A stretch of DNA of 64,000 nt from Schizochytrium sp. TIO01. Lineage: Eukaryota > Protista > Bigyra: Labyrinthulomycetes. The DNA lies in assembly GCA_004764695.1 (NCBI GenBank), contig SMSO01000037.1, forward strand, positions 4,502,747 through 4,566,746, read 5' to 3'. A program made the translations under genes and the position numbers. How positions within the stretch are numbered: position 1 is the first letter of the stretch; every line of letters begins with the position of its first letter. Below, piece after piece: positions 31,204-41,796 of this stretch. The notes beneath the pieces were generated by a model. The model worked only from the letters and a program-made list of their open reading frames with translations. It was not told the origin of the DNA and made no database searches.

Positions 31204-32640
31204 TTATGATTGCGCGTCCTCTAGTTGTAGGTCATCCTCAAGCTGAATATGTTCTGGTGACTTTTGACCTGGATGAGGACTTCTTATACCCATCGTGCAA
31301 AGTAGGTCTTCGATTGTTTGCCTTGAAGCTACTCCATGCTCTGAAACTACCTTTTGGGCGTCAGCTAAAAGCACATGGAGGGAGCATTGTACATCTTCAG
31401 GTGCGAGTAGAAGCTGTGAGGACTGCTTTAGAGCATCATCGATTTCTACCAATCTTCGTTTTGCTTCATCCACTGAACGGGGTATTGTAACTCGACTCAG
31501 TTGTGATAAAGACCGCCCATCTATGGATCCAGCGCTATGGATTTCTACAAGCATTTCATCATCATCGCAATCATCTTCATCTGGCCGTGAGGAAAGAAAA
31601 ACAGATTTCGTTATCCATTCGTCTGGTCCAACCAATTCGCGTAAGGAAGTTGCTATTCGAATATCATCTTCTGTTTCTGGAGCATTTGATCTTGCAGTAT
31701 GGGTAATGCGACTCGTTTCGGTTCCATCTACTTGCGAGTCACAATCATCATCTTCGTCGCCATCAAAATCTTGCAAAAGTAATAATTGTTCAACACGAGC
31801 CTCATCTTGTGCAGTCATGACGCGACTAGCAGATTGCGCAAGTTTGATGTTGCGTTCAATAAAAGAAGACGACTGTACGCTCCCCACACTTTCTGTGTCA
31901 TCATCTATACTTCCTTTCTCAAGTTCATCCGCTTCTATGAGAGCAGATCGTCGACTTCGTCTCCTTCGACGCTTTCCCTTTTGCTGTGCTGAAGATCCTG
32001 CTATCTGTTTTCCTGGTAAAGGAGGCAGCACTAGCTTCAACGATTCATTAATATCATTGCTCTGATGTGAATAGTTTGTCAGCTCTGAATGGTGATTCAG
32101 AAACGTTTTTGAGGACGTTGATGAACACAATGATACCTCTACCTCTCGTTTTTCGAGTGCGGCCAGTTTCTCTTCAAGTTTAGCAATCTTTTTCATACCC
32201 AAAGCAACTTTATGATCCATTTCTCTTTTTACCGCAAGAGCCTGGGCGGCTTGGTCGGATTTTAGATTGAACGAAACCTTTTCTTCAAAATCGTCGCCTA
32301 GATCGGCAATCTCACGCACATGATCCATATATGACTCGAGCTCCGCACGCACACTATCCGCATTGTGACTGGATTGATTTAATGATGTGAGGAATGATGG
32401 GGACAGGCCAGATGGGGAGTCATTTTCTTCTTCTGCAGAGTCTTCTCGTAGAGTTTGTTGACATGTATCTGGAGATGCTGGCTCTGAAATAAAGACATGC
32501 TCACGTAGTCCGCTTCGTGGCCGAGGTTGTTCTGGAGCCAAAACCTCCATACGTCCGACCGATGGGATTGTCGATGCAACAGGGCTTCTGGGCGTTCTTT
32601 TACGTCGCGTAACCTCACGCCGTACTGCCTGCAAAGCCAT
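31204..32640 (-). CDS. FSIP1: Fibrous sheath-interacting protein 1-like coiled-coil protein
   Basis: GMKKI.KL...L, FIERNIKLA....MT..DE.RVEQLL and RL.EID..L blocks resemble the FSIP1 family; acidic linkers. Confidence 0.6.
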   Translation of the reverse strand: MALQAVRREVTRRKRTPRSPVASTIPSVGRMEVLAPEQPRPRSGLREHVFISEPASPDTCQQTLREDSAEEENDSPSGLSPSFLTSLNQSSHNADSVRAELESYMDHVREIADLGDDFEEKVSFNLKSDQAAQALAVKREMDHKVALGMKKIAKLEEKLAALEKREVEVSLCSSTSSKTFLNHHSELTNYSHQSNDINESLKLVLPPLPGKQIAGSSAQQKGKRRRRRSRRSALIEADELEKGSIDDDTESVGSVQSSSFIERNIKLAQSASRVMTAQDEARVEQLLLLQDFDGDEDDDCDSQVDGTETSRITHTARSNAPETEDDIRIATSLRELVGPDEWITKSVFLSSRPDEDDCDDDEMLVEIHSAGSIDGRSLSQLSRVTIPRSVDEAKRRLVEIDDALKQSSQLLLAPEDVQCSLHVLLADAQKVVSEHGVASRQTIEDLLCTMGIRSPHPGQKSPEHIQLEDDLQLEDAQS

Positions 32641-33256
32641 GTTTCCAAAGATGTTGTGTTAATTGCCAACCCTTTGTCCTGCTTCAGAGTTCGCTTTAGC
32701 AACGAAGCAACTGATGCAAGGGACGGAAACAAAATACGCACGCTGCGAAGCTTTGATTCACAGCTGCAGGTCTGGAGAGCCTAGCCTGGCACCTGCTTAG
32801 CGCCCGCGCGCAGTAAGACAAGCAGCCGGCTGGAGCCTTGAGACTGTTACTCGCTTCAAAATGAGGGCCTCCAACTCAAGTTAGACCACTCAGCTTACAT
32901 CTCTTAGTTTCAAAGTGTAACATGGTACACACCTGTCCGGTGAACTTAAAGCGCTTCTATGTTTCTGTAGTTGAGATTTTCTTCTCTTTCAACATAGTCA
33001 ATCCTAGTTTGCATATATTATTTGCATATTAATAGTTCTCATTTCTGACACTTAAAAGACGAAAAAACCAGTATTGCTCTGCTACACTCGGTATAAGGAA
33101 TAAGACCAAACCATATTTTGATTAGCCTCGGAAGTATAGAGAATAATTCATACAGCTCGTACATAAGAAGTAGGCAGGCAATATATCTGTCACCGTTTAT
33201 CTCTAGCGTCATAAAAATTAGTACGCGACGTAGCTCAAACGCAGGCTACGAGCAAA

Positions 33257-36200
33257 ATGGGTCGTCTGCGTAGGCGAGAGCCCAGCGCAACGTCAGCACA
33301 TGCAGGAGCTCTCGTATCAGACTTACTTCCCCCAAAGTCGGCCACTATGCAGGAAGAAAACCTTACTGAGCTGGTTTTGGTGTCTGCACCCGAGCCACCT
33401 CAACCTGTCTCATCACATACGCGTCTACGACCTTGGAAGAAGCGACAGCGACGGAGACAGGAAAGGTTACAGTCGATTCGCGCAGCTGCACTAGAGCTAT
33501 TACCTAGACGTAAACCTACTTGGGACGGAGATAATGCTGACGATATGGAATCCTCCATGTATTTTGACGGTCAAGACCTTGACGACTCGAAAACCCTTGC
33601 ACCTGGTTCCACCCACTGGAATGCAGAAAATATAGAGACAATAGGGACATTCAAATTGCCATCGACAACAGAGGAGCTTGACCGAGAGGTTCAGTTAGCA
33701 TGGGCTGCAAAACATGGGACGCTTGTTCAACCTTCAAAATATTTTATTTGTTACCCAAGGCTGGGATATCGATCTACAAGGTTCGAATCCTTAGAGTACT
33801 TACGAACACAAATTCCGAACCCTGTGTTGAGTCAATATCGTGTTTTATGGAAGGTGTTGCAAGACTCGAAAGTTGATAACTTTTCTTTGTCAGTATGGCA
33901 ATTTGCTGCTGGCCCCAGCTTCCCACACTGGAAAGCGTGTATGCCTCCAAAAGTACTTGCACGTCTTGCAGTGTCAGTACGTTCAAGCTGGGCCGCTGTT
34001 GGAGCCTGGTGGACTATGCTAAGTCGTGGGTTATGCATTAAAGACGAGGAAACTCTTCAAACTCTTACGCAAGGACTTGTGAACACAAGTGTGAGGGAAA
34101 CAGCAATGATACTCGAAACTCTTGCTTGGGTACAACACCCGAAAGAGGTGACTCGAAATATGGTGGAATATGCACTTCGCGCACTAGAAATCTATCCAGA
34201 CCTTGTTTCTGGGCTATTGTGTTCATGGTGGCCACGATCATTTCTGGCCCTACGCGAAGTTGCTGAGGATTTAAATTGCCAAATAATATGCGCAAAACTT
34301 GCTACAGCAAGTGACACGAAATCTGCTATTCGATATGTTTGCGTGGCGGGACAATTTGCCGAGGTAAACCCGAATGCCATGTTTCCAGAACTACTCGACT
34401 ATTTAAAGCTGTTCTGTACTCATGTGTATTTGGAATTTGCACAAAACATACCGGCACATTATTCTGTGGCTGTGGAATGTGCATTGCGCACGGTCGCCAA
34501 AAAAGTTGAAAGTGATGTTGGTCTAGTGAGGCTATTAAAGAACTTTCTTTCATGGAATGAGGCACTTTGTGTTGAGCTCTTAATTACACAGTTGCGTGTT
34601 GATAATGCAGGACAAACCTTTGATGACAGTGCAGCACAGGTACTCATTTCTAGGCTTAGATTAACCACCCTCGCGGAAGTTCAAGACTGCATTCTGGATG
34701 CAATGATCGATAAACCACAAGTATTTGCTAAGGCTGGTGGAATGGGAATCGTTTTAAGTATGATGCGACGCAGATCTGCAATTAAAGGTTCACGTTTGGC
34801 TGCTTGTGAAGCTGCAGCTCGGATGGCACCATATGACGCAAGCACAGAGAGAGCTCCAGAGGCAAGTCGGGTTTTGCCTTTATGCGAAGAGCATCCACGT
34901 TTAATTCGCGTTCTGTACGAAGGCCGTGGTACGATAGCAAATGTCGACGAGCTTTTCGACTTATTGCAATTGACTTCTACTGACTTTGTATCCCGAAACT
35001 TTGAAATGATTGTGATTCTTATCTGGCGCTCCCTGGCACCGAAAGATGGAGCTGAAGTTACTCTTGAGCTTCAGAACGCTACGGTTGACTATGCAGATCA
35101 CCTTGCAGGCCACCTTGGAGGAAACTGTGCTCGTCTTCGGCAAACAATTGCAAAGCATCTTGATTTTGCAAAACACGGACCACTCATGGAGATTTCTTAT
35201 GAGCCAGAAATACACATGTGGAAAGCTGTGTCATACAAGCGATCCTTGCTGGAAACAACAAAGGCTACTCCTCAAGACTTGCGACGAGGGTCCCGTATTT
35301 TTGGATTTTTTGAAACCGAACGCGACGCATACCAAGCATATACTCTTGCTTGCCAAGGTAAGCGCCCGTTACCCCCTCCTCCGTCTCAGGAAGTGGAAGA
35401 GCTCGTCCGAGTTCGAGAGGCTGTCCGCTCTAGAGTACAAATCATTTTGGGTCTTTTGAGTGAACTGCATGCACTGAGCAAAGTAGAGCTCGAACGCGAG
35501 CAAGCTAAACAGCTAGAGAAATTTCTCGAAGAAATTGAAGAACACAAGAAAGAACGAGCTGTCGCTCAGGAGCTATTTGAAGAATCGCTAGAGCTCGAGG
35601 ATATTCCAGCATCACGGCAACGATTTTTTGCTTTGGAAAAATTGCAAGCTAAAGCTGACCGTGAACGACAACGTTCTCTCATAAAGTCTCATCGCCATCA
35701 GCGCTGCCAAGTTTACTACGTACTGCGCAACCCAGACTTCATTGCGGATCTATTCTATATCGGTTTTTCTTCAGCTTTTCATGCTCAAGCTAAAGCTCGT
35801 GCAGTGGATCTTCTGTCATATGTTCTGTTTGATGATCCTGAGAAGGAAGTCGATGAGGATGATGAAGATGAAGACGACGAAGGAGAGGATGGAGAAAATC
35901 AAGCTGACGAAGACGATATTTCAGAAGATAGTGAAGAACTTGATAGTGATTCATATTCTGACGACGAAGATGGCGAATTGCAAAAGAAGCGCACTGGACA
36001 CGAACTCTCAACAAAATTAGACCCCTTTCTTAAACCACCAGAACAACCATCGATTCGGAAAATATGGAACAACAAAATGGAAGATTTGTTATTTGGGAAG
36101 CCTCGCATGTTTTTCGAAGTGCGGTTCACAGCTGTTTTGTGCACTCTCCTTCGAACTTCTGCAGAGTCTGACATGCGACAAATTGCACTTGAGCATCTTG

Positions 36201-37927
36201 TGAGAATTGCGTCGCAGCCTAGTACAAAACAAACCATCGCTAAGATGGAGGGGATTCCAATCCTTATGACTTGCTTATTTGAGAAGGACCCTTCTGAAGA
36301 GCAGCAACACAACGTCACCTTGGCAGCATTGACACTGCGACAACTTTCAGTTGACCCATTGAATGCTCAACTCATGAGCATGGATGGTGGTTTTGAAGCA
36401 TTACTTGGTCTTCAAGCCCATGATTCCGCCGGAAAATTGGTCGGGGATATTATTCGAATTTTAACTCAGCATCCATATAACGTGACTAATGTATACGCGC
36501 ACGATCTTCCGCGGTATACTAAGCGAAAGTCTTTTGCCCCAGCTGTTTCTGCTATAGATTTAACAAAGACTGGTGCACTTCGCGTTCAGCTTGATCCACT
36601 CATCTTTTCTCAATCTACTCCTAGTTTGTTAGAATTGCCAGAAGACCAAATTCTGCATGATGAATCGGCAAAGAGAGAAGATGCTGATCATAAAGAGAGA
36701 GAGCTTGCAGAAGGAGCTTCCGATTCAACATCCAAGAGCTTGCAAACAAGTTCTACTTCTAGTTTGCCAAAGCCACTCAAGGGAAGATCCTTTCTTTTTG
36801 ATAAGCGGGCGCGGAGCCGTATATTAGAACCCATGCAGCGAACAAATGCAAGGTTGTGGATGTTCCCACAAACAAACGGGGTTTTGCAAGAGCTTCCTGT
36901 ATATCAGGGGCCAGACGGAGTTCGATTCCACCTATTTGTTGATGCTGAACCACCAGTGGTTCATCATATCCCCTCAGCGCGACGTCCCGACCCGTCAGAT
37001 GTGATTGATTCTCTTCAACTTGAGAGTTACAGATTTGATAGTCAAGGTGGCCTAGAGACCAAAACGAAATCTCTTGAATCTAAGTTTGTGCCGAGCCTGC
37101 GCATCAAACCAAATCCTCCAAACAAAACCCCTCCCAAGCTTCAGTGTCACCCAATGCTAGAGCCCTTGACTGGGGTAGTACTTCATGACCGTCTACACCT
37201 TTGCATCGAGGGGGATGCATGCGAAGTTCCGAATGTAAACTTTGACAATGACAGGAAGGGCAATGAGTTCAGACTTACACATCATGCGCTTATCAGCACT
37301 CTTCCCAAGAGGATTGACATTTCACCCAATGAAGAGTGGTTGCAGATGCTTGGCATCCCAGGAGGAAAGTTGTCACATATACCAAACACAGTTCAAGAGC
37401 ATGTAGTCGCGATGGCTGTGTCAAGTACACGTCTTCCAATTCCCCGGAAGCTCCTTACGCATGATGATAGTTATCTTGATATTTTGCGGCATGGGCAAGG
37501 CATTGATTGGCAAGTGGATGTCGAAAACAGCCTTGATGTAGAGCAGAGGGTAAAGGATCTTCTGCTTCTGCTTGGTGAATGCAGTAAAATGGAAGCGTCT
37601 CGAGCAACATCTGCAAAGAAGAAAAAACGTAAGTCAAAGGTTCGTTCCAAACGCACTCAAAAATTGATGGACCTCTTAAATCAAATTGATCTACCTAAGC
37701 TCCTTCCCGATACTGTTAATCACATGACAGAGATCATACATGCCTATCAGGCAGCACGAATTCTATTACAAGCAGAATCGTACAAGTTGTCCGACTCCAA
37801 CCTAATAGAAATACATCAGCATATACCTGCGCTTGTGCTGCAACATATGCGTATACGAATTCAAGGGGAAATTGATGCTATGGATCCCTCTTTTGCTAAA
37901 AAGTCAAAGCGCTACTCCTCTTACTAG
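33257..37927 (+). CDS. Large ARM/HEAT-repeat protein with acidic tract, coiled coil and internal AP2-like segment
   Basis: 1556-aa intact ORF; ARM-like units (GGMGIVLSMM, EGIPILMTCL, GGFEALLGL); D/E tract; basic NLS-like KKKKRKSK. Confidence 0.75.
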   Translation: MGRLRRREPSATSAHAGALVSDLLPPKSATMQEENLTELVLVSAPEPPQPVSSHTRLRPWKKRQRRRQERLQSIRAAALELLPRRKPTWDGDNADDMESSMYFDGQDLDDSKTLAPGSTHWNAENIETIGTFKLPSTTEELDREVQLAWAAKHGTLVQPSKYFICYPRLGYRSTRFESLEYLRTQIPNPVLSQYRVLWKVLQDSKVDNFSLSVWQFAAGPSFPHWKACMPPKVLARLAVSVRSSWAAVGAWWTMLSRGLCIKDEETLQTLTQGLVNTSVRETAMILETLAWVQHPKEVTRNMVEYALRALEIYPDLVSGLLCSWWPRSFLALREVAEDLNCQIICAKLATASDTKSAIRYVCVAGQFAEVNPNAMFPELLDYLKLFCTHVYLEFAQNIPAHYSVAVECALRTVAKKVESDVGLVRLLKNFLSWNEALCVELLITQLRVDNAGQTFDDSAAQVLISRLRLTTLAEVQDCILDAMIDKPQVFAKAGGMGIVLSMMRRRSAIKGSRLAACEAAARMAPYDASTERAPEASRVLPLCEEHPRLIRVLYEGRGTIANVDELFDLLQLTSTDFVSRNFEMIVILIWRSLAPKDGAEVTLELQNATVDYADHLAGHLGGNCARLRQTIAKHLDFAKHGPLMEISYEPEIHMWKAVSYKRSLLETTKATPQDLRRGSRIFGFFETERDAYQAYTLACQGKRPLPPPPSQEVEELVRVREAVRSRVQIILGLLSELHALSKVELEREQAKQLEKFLEEIEEHKKERAVAQELFEESLELEDIPASRQRFFALEKLQAKADRERQRSLIKSHRHQRCQVYYVLRNPDFIADLFYIGFSSAFHAQAKARAVDLLSYVLFDDPEKEVDEDDEDEDDEGEDGENQADEDDISEDSEELDSDSYSDDEDGELQKKRTGHELSTKLDPFLKPPEQPSIRKIWNNKMEDLLFGKPRMFFEVRFTAVLCTLLRTSAESDMRQIALEHLVRIASQPSTKQTIAKMEGIPILMTCLFEKDPSEEQQHNVTLAALTLRQLSVDPLNAQLMSMDGGFEALLGLQAHDSAGKLVGDIIRILTQHPYNVTNVYAHDLPRYTKRKSFAPAVSAIDLTKTGALRVQLDPLIFSQSTPSLLELPEDQILHDESAKREDADHKERELAEGASDSTSKSLQTSSTSSLPKPLKGRSFLFDKRARSRILEPMQRTNARLWMFPQTNGVLQELPVYQGPDGVRFHLFVDAEPPVVHHIPSARRPDPSDVIDSLQLESYRFDSQGGLETKTKSLESKFVPSLRIKPNPPNKTPPKLQCHPMLEPLTGVVLHDRLHLCIEGDACEVPNVNFDNDRKGNEFRLTHHALISTLPKRIDISPNEEWLQMLGIPGGKLSHIPNTVQEHVVAMAVSSTRLPIPRKLLTHDDSYLDILRHGQGIDWQVDVENSLDVEQRVKDLLLLLGECSKMEASRATSAKKKKRKSKVRSKRTQKLMDLLNQIDLPKLLPDTVNHMTEIIHAYQAARILLQAESYKLSDSNLIEIHQHIPALVLQHMRIRIQGEIDAMDPSFAKKSKRYSSY

Positions 37928-38285
37928 TAATGAAAATAAGAAAGTACCCTTCTGTAAATTATTTTTATTGAAGGAGACTCTACTTTAGTGTGTTTTCTTT
38001 CTTTCTTTTTCTTACACAAGAGGTCAACAACACTGAGACCGATATTCTCAGGAGACTGCACGCTTGCTGCAAAAAACCTGATTATTACCAAAGTCTGCCC
38101 CCCAAACACGAAGCCTATTGGCGCCGGCAAAATGCCCATGAATTTCTTAAAGTGCTTGTTTGTTGGGCGCAGTTTGAAGACTGTCTTCGTGTATAGTTTG
38201 TCATTAATAATTTAAGGCGACAGTGCCATGACTGTGTACGCTAATGCACCAAGCACCGGAGTAAATATTTGAGCATAAAAATGAT

Positions 38286-39194
38286 TTATAAATTGCTTTT
38301 GTTCTGTTGTTTCGCTTCATTAAGGGCGCCTTGGGAGGCCCGGCATAGTAAGGCACCAGTCTCTGGATCATACATGGAGACCCCTTGAATGCACCTTCCC
38401 TTGCTTGTTGCTTCAAGATTAAATTCACAAAAGACCCACTTGAGTTCTGGTCTCGGCTCTGCAAAAATGTGCATATCAAAAGTGAGTGTCGGTACCCAAT
38501 TCGAATCGCCGAAGGGGAGGAGGCCCTTGACCGTCGGAATAGCAGCATCAGCGATAGCGGCAAGGGATTCTGCTGTGATAGGTTCCTGAGCATCTTCATG
38601 CTGCATGTACACGAAGAAGTTCGTTGGACATTGACCAGGCATGTCTTTTTCTGCCACCATGCGTAAGAAGATGTCTGCATCACGCGGGGGGAAACGCCAT
38701 GTGTATCTGTGGAAGAGCACGCGTTCGGTGCCAGCAGGCTTAGCCACTACCGATGTCTTCCAGCGCTCACTTTCAAAGTTCATGGCACTGACATCTTCGA
38801 AGGGAACTATGTTAGCTGCCGGTGAGACATCGTATTTACCGAAGGCAGCTGTTGCAGATAATCGTGTCTTTCCAGATTGACGAAGGTCGCCACGAAGCCA
38901 TGAGATTTTGCGTCCTCGCTTGATGACTTGAACAACAATCTCGCAGGGGGAATTTCCAGCTGTTGAGCTGAAAAAGGTGGTCTGCATCAGAAGGCAGTTT
39001 ACATTCGACTCCTTTTCAACTCCATGGCGCTCCTGCTCATTTCGGAGCGCTCGGAGCACCATTGCCATGAGCAAGCCTCCATTCGGAACTACGAAAACAT
39101 TGTACGCATCAGTCACAAGTCCTCGCCACACGGACCCTTCAGCGTCGCCAGAGACAAGCTCAAGTTTTGTCGCGTCACACAGTCTTGACGCCAT
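38286..39194 (-). CDS. Acyl-CoA thioesterase, double-hotdog (TesB-like), copy A; C-terminal SNL
   Basis: VPNGG, V.VIKRGR, ADA.IPT, WVPTL.F, YD..G.LL motifs. Confidence 0.85.
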   Translation of the reverse strand: MASRLCDATKLELVSGDAEGSVWRGLVTDAYNVFVVPNGGLLMAMVLRALRNEQERHGVEKESNVNCLLMQTTFFSSTAGNSPCEIVVQVIKRGRKISWLRGDLRQSGKTRLSATAAFGKYDVSPAANIVPFEDVSAMNFESERWKTSVVAKPAGTERVLFHRYTWRFPPRDADIFLRMVAEKDMPGQCPTNFFVYMQHEDAQEPITAESLAAIADAAIPTVKGLLPFGDSNWVPTLTFDMHIFAEPRPELKWVFCEFNLEATSKGRCIQGVSMYDPETGALLCRASQGALNEAKQQNKSNL

Positions 39195-39856
39195 CTTGAT
39201 TCGATTCTTGATATGAATTTATGTTCGTACACGAACTTCATTGAACAAGATGGAATTGTAGTCCTCCCCAAAAGATGATGAGTCCGCTCATCATCCATCT
39301 TAATTTTTATTTTTTTTTCCTTGTCTTGTTTACCTGTAAATGTGCGATTATTACCTTGAACAAGGTTTATTTATCTACTACTACATTGTTAGTGTGGGCA
39401 GAAAGGAGTGACAAATGAGTCCTATCATAGATACCATGTTATAACAATGGCATATACCTGTTCAAGTTTCATCATCAGATGGACAATAAAACGGAGCAAC
39501 CAAAGCAAACTTTTGTTAAAATTATCAATTGATCGAGTGATCATCTTGATTGAGTTCATATCAAAGTTTGAGAATGGATCCGTTTTTATGATGGATCCAT
39601 TTGACACTAGAATGTTTACATGTGAGAGTGGAATTTGCTTATTTTACTCGTCGCAATCGAAACGTAGATACCTGCCTATATTGGTTTGCGATAATGAAGT
39701 CGTTCTTACGAGCACTTGTTTTGTATGCACATAGGTTTGGACGGACAACTGATGGCAAACTCTCTCTTCAGTCCCAAGATGTTGCTAAAGAATAAACCAA
39801 AACATCATTTTATTAGTTTTATTTTGTATTTCTATAGCAAGAAGCTGACTTTGGGC

Positions 39857-40765
39857 TTACATCTTGCTTTTATCTTGTTGCGGCGCCTCGTTCAGAGCAC
39901 CTTGGGTTGATCTGCAAAGCAACGCACCTGTTTCAGGGTCATAAATCGAGGTCCTTTGAGTACAGCGTCCAGGGCTTGTCGCTACAAGACTGAACTCACA
40001 CAGGACCCATTCGAGGTCTGCACGAGGTTGAGCAAAAATCTGGGTATCGAAGCTAAGAGTAGGTACCCAATGGGAGTGTCCGTTAGAGAAGAGTCCTTTC
40101 ACCGTTGGTACTGTGGCATCTGCCATGGCTACGAGTGACTCGACAGTGATTGGCTCAGTGGAATCTTCGTGACGCATGTATACAAAATAATTTGTTGGAC
40201 ATTTGTCCTTTTTCAGTTTCAAGCTTGTCATGTGCGCATATGTTTCCTCATCCTGAGGAGCGAAACGCCATTGGTATCTTAAAGGGAGGTTGCCAAGAGG
40301 GCTGATAAGTTTGGTAACTGCTGAGGATTTCCATCTTTCGCTTTCGAAGTTCATGGCATTGACTTCCTCCGAAGGTACAATATTCTCGGTCGGGGCTAAG
40401 TCGTAAGTGCCAAAAGCCGCGACAGCGGTCGCACGAACTTTTTCTGACTGCAACATGTCAGCACGAAGCCATGATATCTTGCGCCCGCGCTTGATAACTT
40501 GCACAGCAATGTCACAAGAAGTGTCCGCTGCAGTGGAACTAAGGAAACTTGTTTGCAGTGATAAGCAGTCAAGGTTAGGATTTCTCTCGTTTCTGTGACG
40601 CTGTTGTTCATTGCGGAGTGCCTGCACGATCAGTGCCATGACATATCCCCCATTTGGGACTACCATTATATTATACATGGGCGAAACAAACCCGCGCCAC
40701 AAGGAAGACCCATGGTCACTCGAGATGAGCTGCAATTTAATTGCCTCAGAAAATCGTGACGCCAT
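39857..40765 (-). CDS. Acyl-CoA thioesterase, double-hotdog (TesB-like), copy B; C-terminal SKM (PTS1)
   Basis: Same motifs and same length (302 aa) as copy A; tandem duplicate. Confidence 0.85.
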   Translation of the reverse strand: MASRFSEAIKLQLISSDHGSSLWRGFVSPMYNIMVVPNGGYVMALIVQALRNEQQRHRNERNPNLDCLSLQTSFLSSTAADTSCDIAVQVIKRGRKISWLRADMLQSEKVRATAVAAFGTYDLAPTENIVPSEEVNAMNFESERWKSSAVTKLISPLGNLPLRYQWRFAPQDEETYAHMTSLKLKKDKCPTNYFVYMRHEDSTEPITVESLVAMADATVPTVKGLFSNGHSHWVPTLSFDTQIFAQPRADLEWVLCEFSLVATSPGRCTQRTSIYDPETGALLCRSTQGALNEAPQQDKSKM

Positions 40766-41796
40766 TGAAGCGCGAAGAGAATCGAAGTACGTATCCCTGA
40801 AGCCTGTTTACAGTTTTCTGAGCACCGAGGCGCGTGGCTTTCGAGCTGCGCTAAACTAGTTATAGATTTGCTGAGCACCAACTTGTTGCTTTGACCTGCT
40901 TGGCCTGTGGACTAAACCTGGCTTTGGAAATATCTCGTTCTCACTTACTATTTTGTATCTTCCCAAGGCTGTCCGCTACCATTAAGAGAGCGACTACACG
41001 GATTTCAAACCGGCCCACACTACGGTTATTTGGGATTGTGTTGTTGTCCGAGCCGCTAATAATCGTCCAGTAAGCATAACTTCAAGTTTTTGAGACTGGT
41101 CCAAGAACATTGTTTGTACCTAAGTTTTTTGTTCACTTGAATTATTATTACTATACGAAGGTCTATTTTAATTTGACTAAATAAATAGAAGAAACACTAA
41201 TAGTATCTAGCAGACAAGTGCTACCTTGAGCGATTCTATTCTACACGGCGCTTTTATTTTTAACGAAGTATGTGGTACCTAGGTTTGTAATCATCTGTGC
41301 ACATAATGCATAGCCTCCGAGGAGTGGGAATGAAAAGGCAGTATGATAACTTAGCTTCTATTATAATTTTTTTGTTCTGAATAATTCTTCATCGAAGTAG
41401 TAAATGCATGTTTCACCGTTCAGAGCAATATTATGAACATTTCGTATTAACAATAAGGTATTTTGGGGCGTGTTTCGCGAGGTAGTGAAACTTGTAGACC
41501 AGTTAGAGACTTATTCACTTTAAAGTTGCTCATTCTGATTTGAACTGTTGCCAATCTAAATGGGCTCGAGCAATCAATAGCCTATATATACATCAAGAAC
41601 ACAAGAGAACAAAATTGGAAGATACTTTGTGTAAAAATATATATAGCCGTTGTAAGAAAGGCCTCAAACACTCATTCTGCTGCTTTATGCATGCTGCAAA
41701 ATGGGATAGTGCATGCTTGCAGAATCGGGATTGTGAAACGTGACACTCTAGGAGTTTAGGAACTAACGTAAGGCTTAGCACAGGTTGAACATTGAC

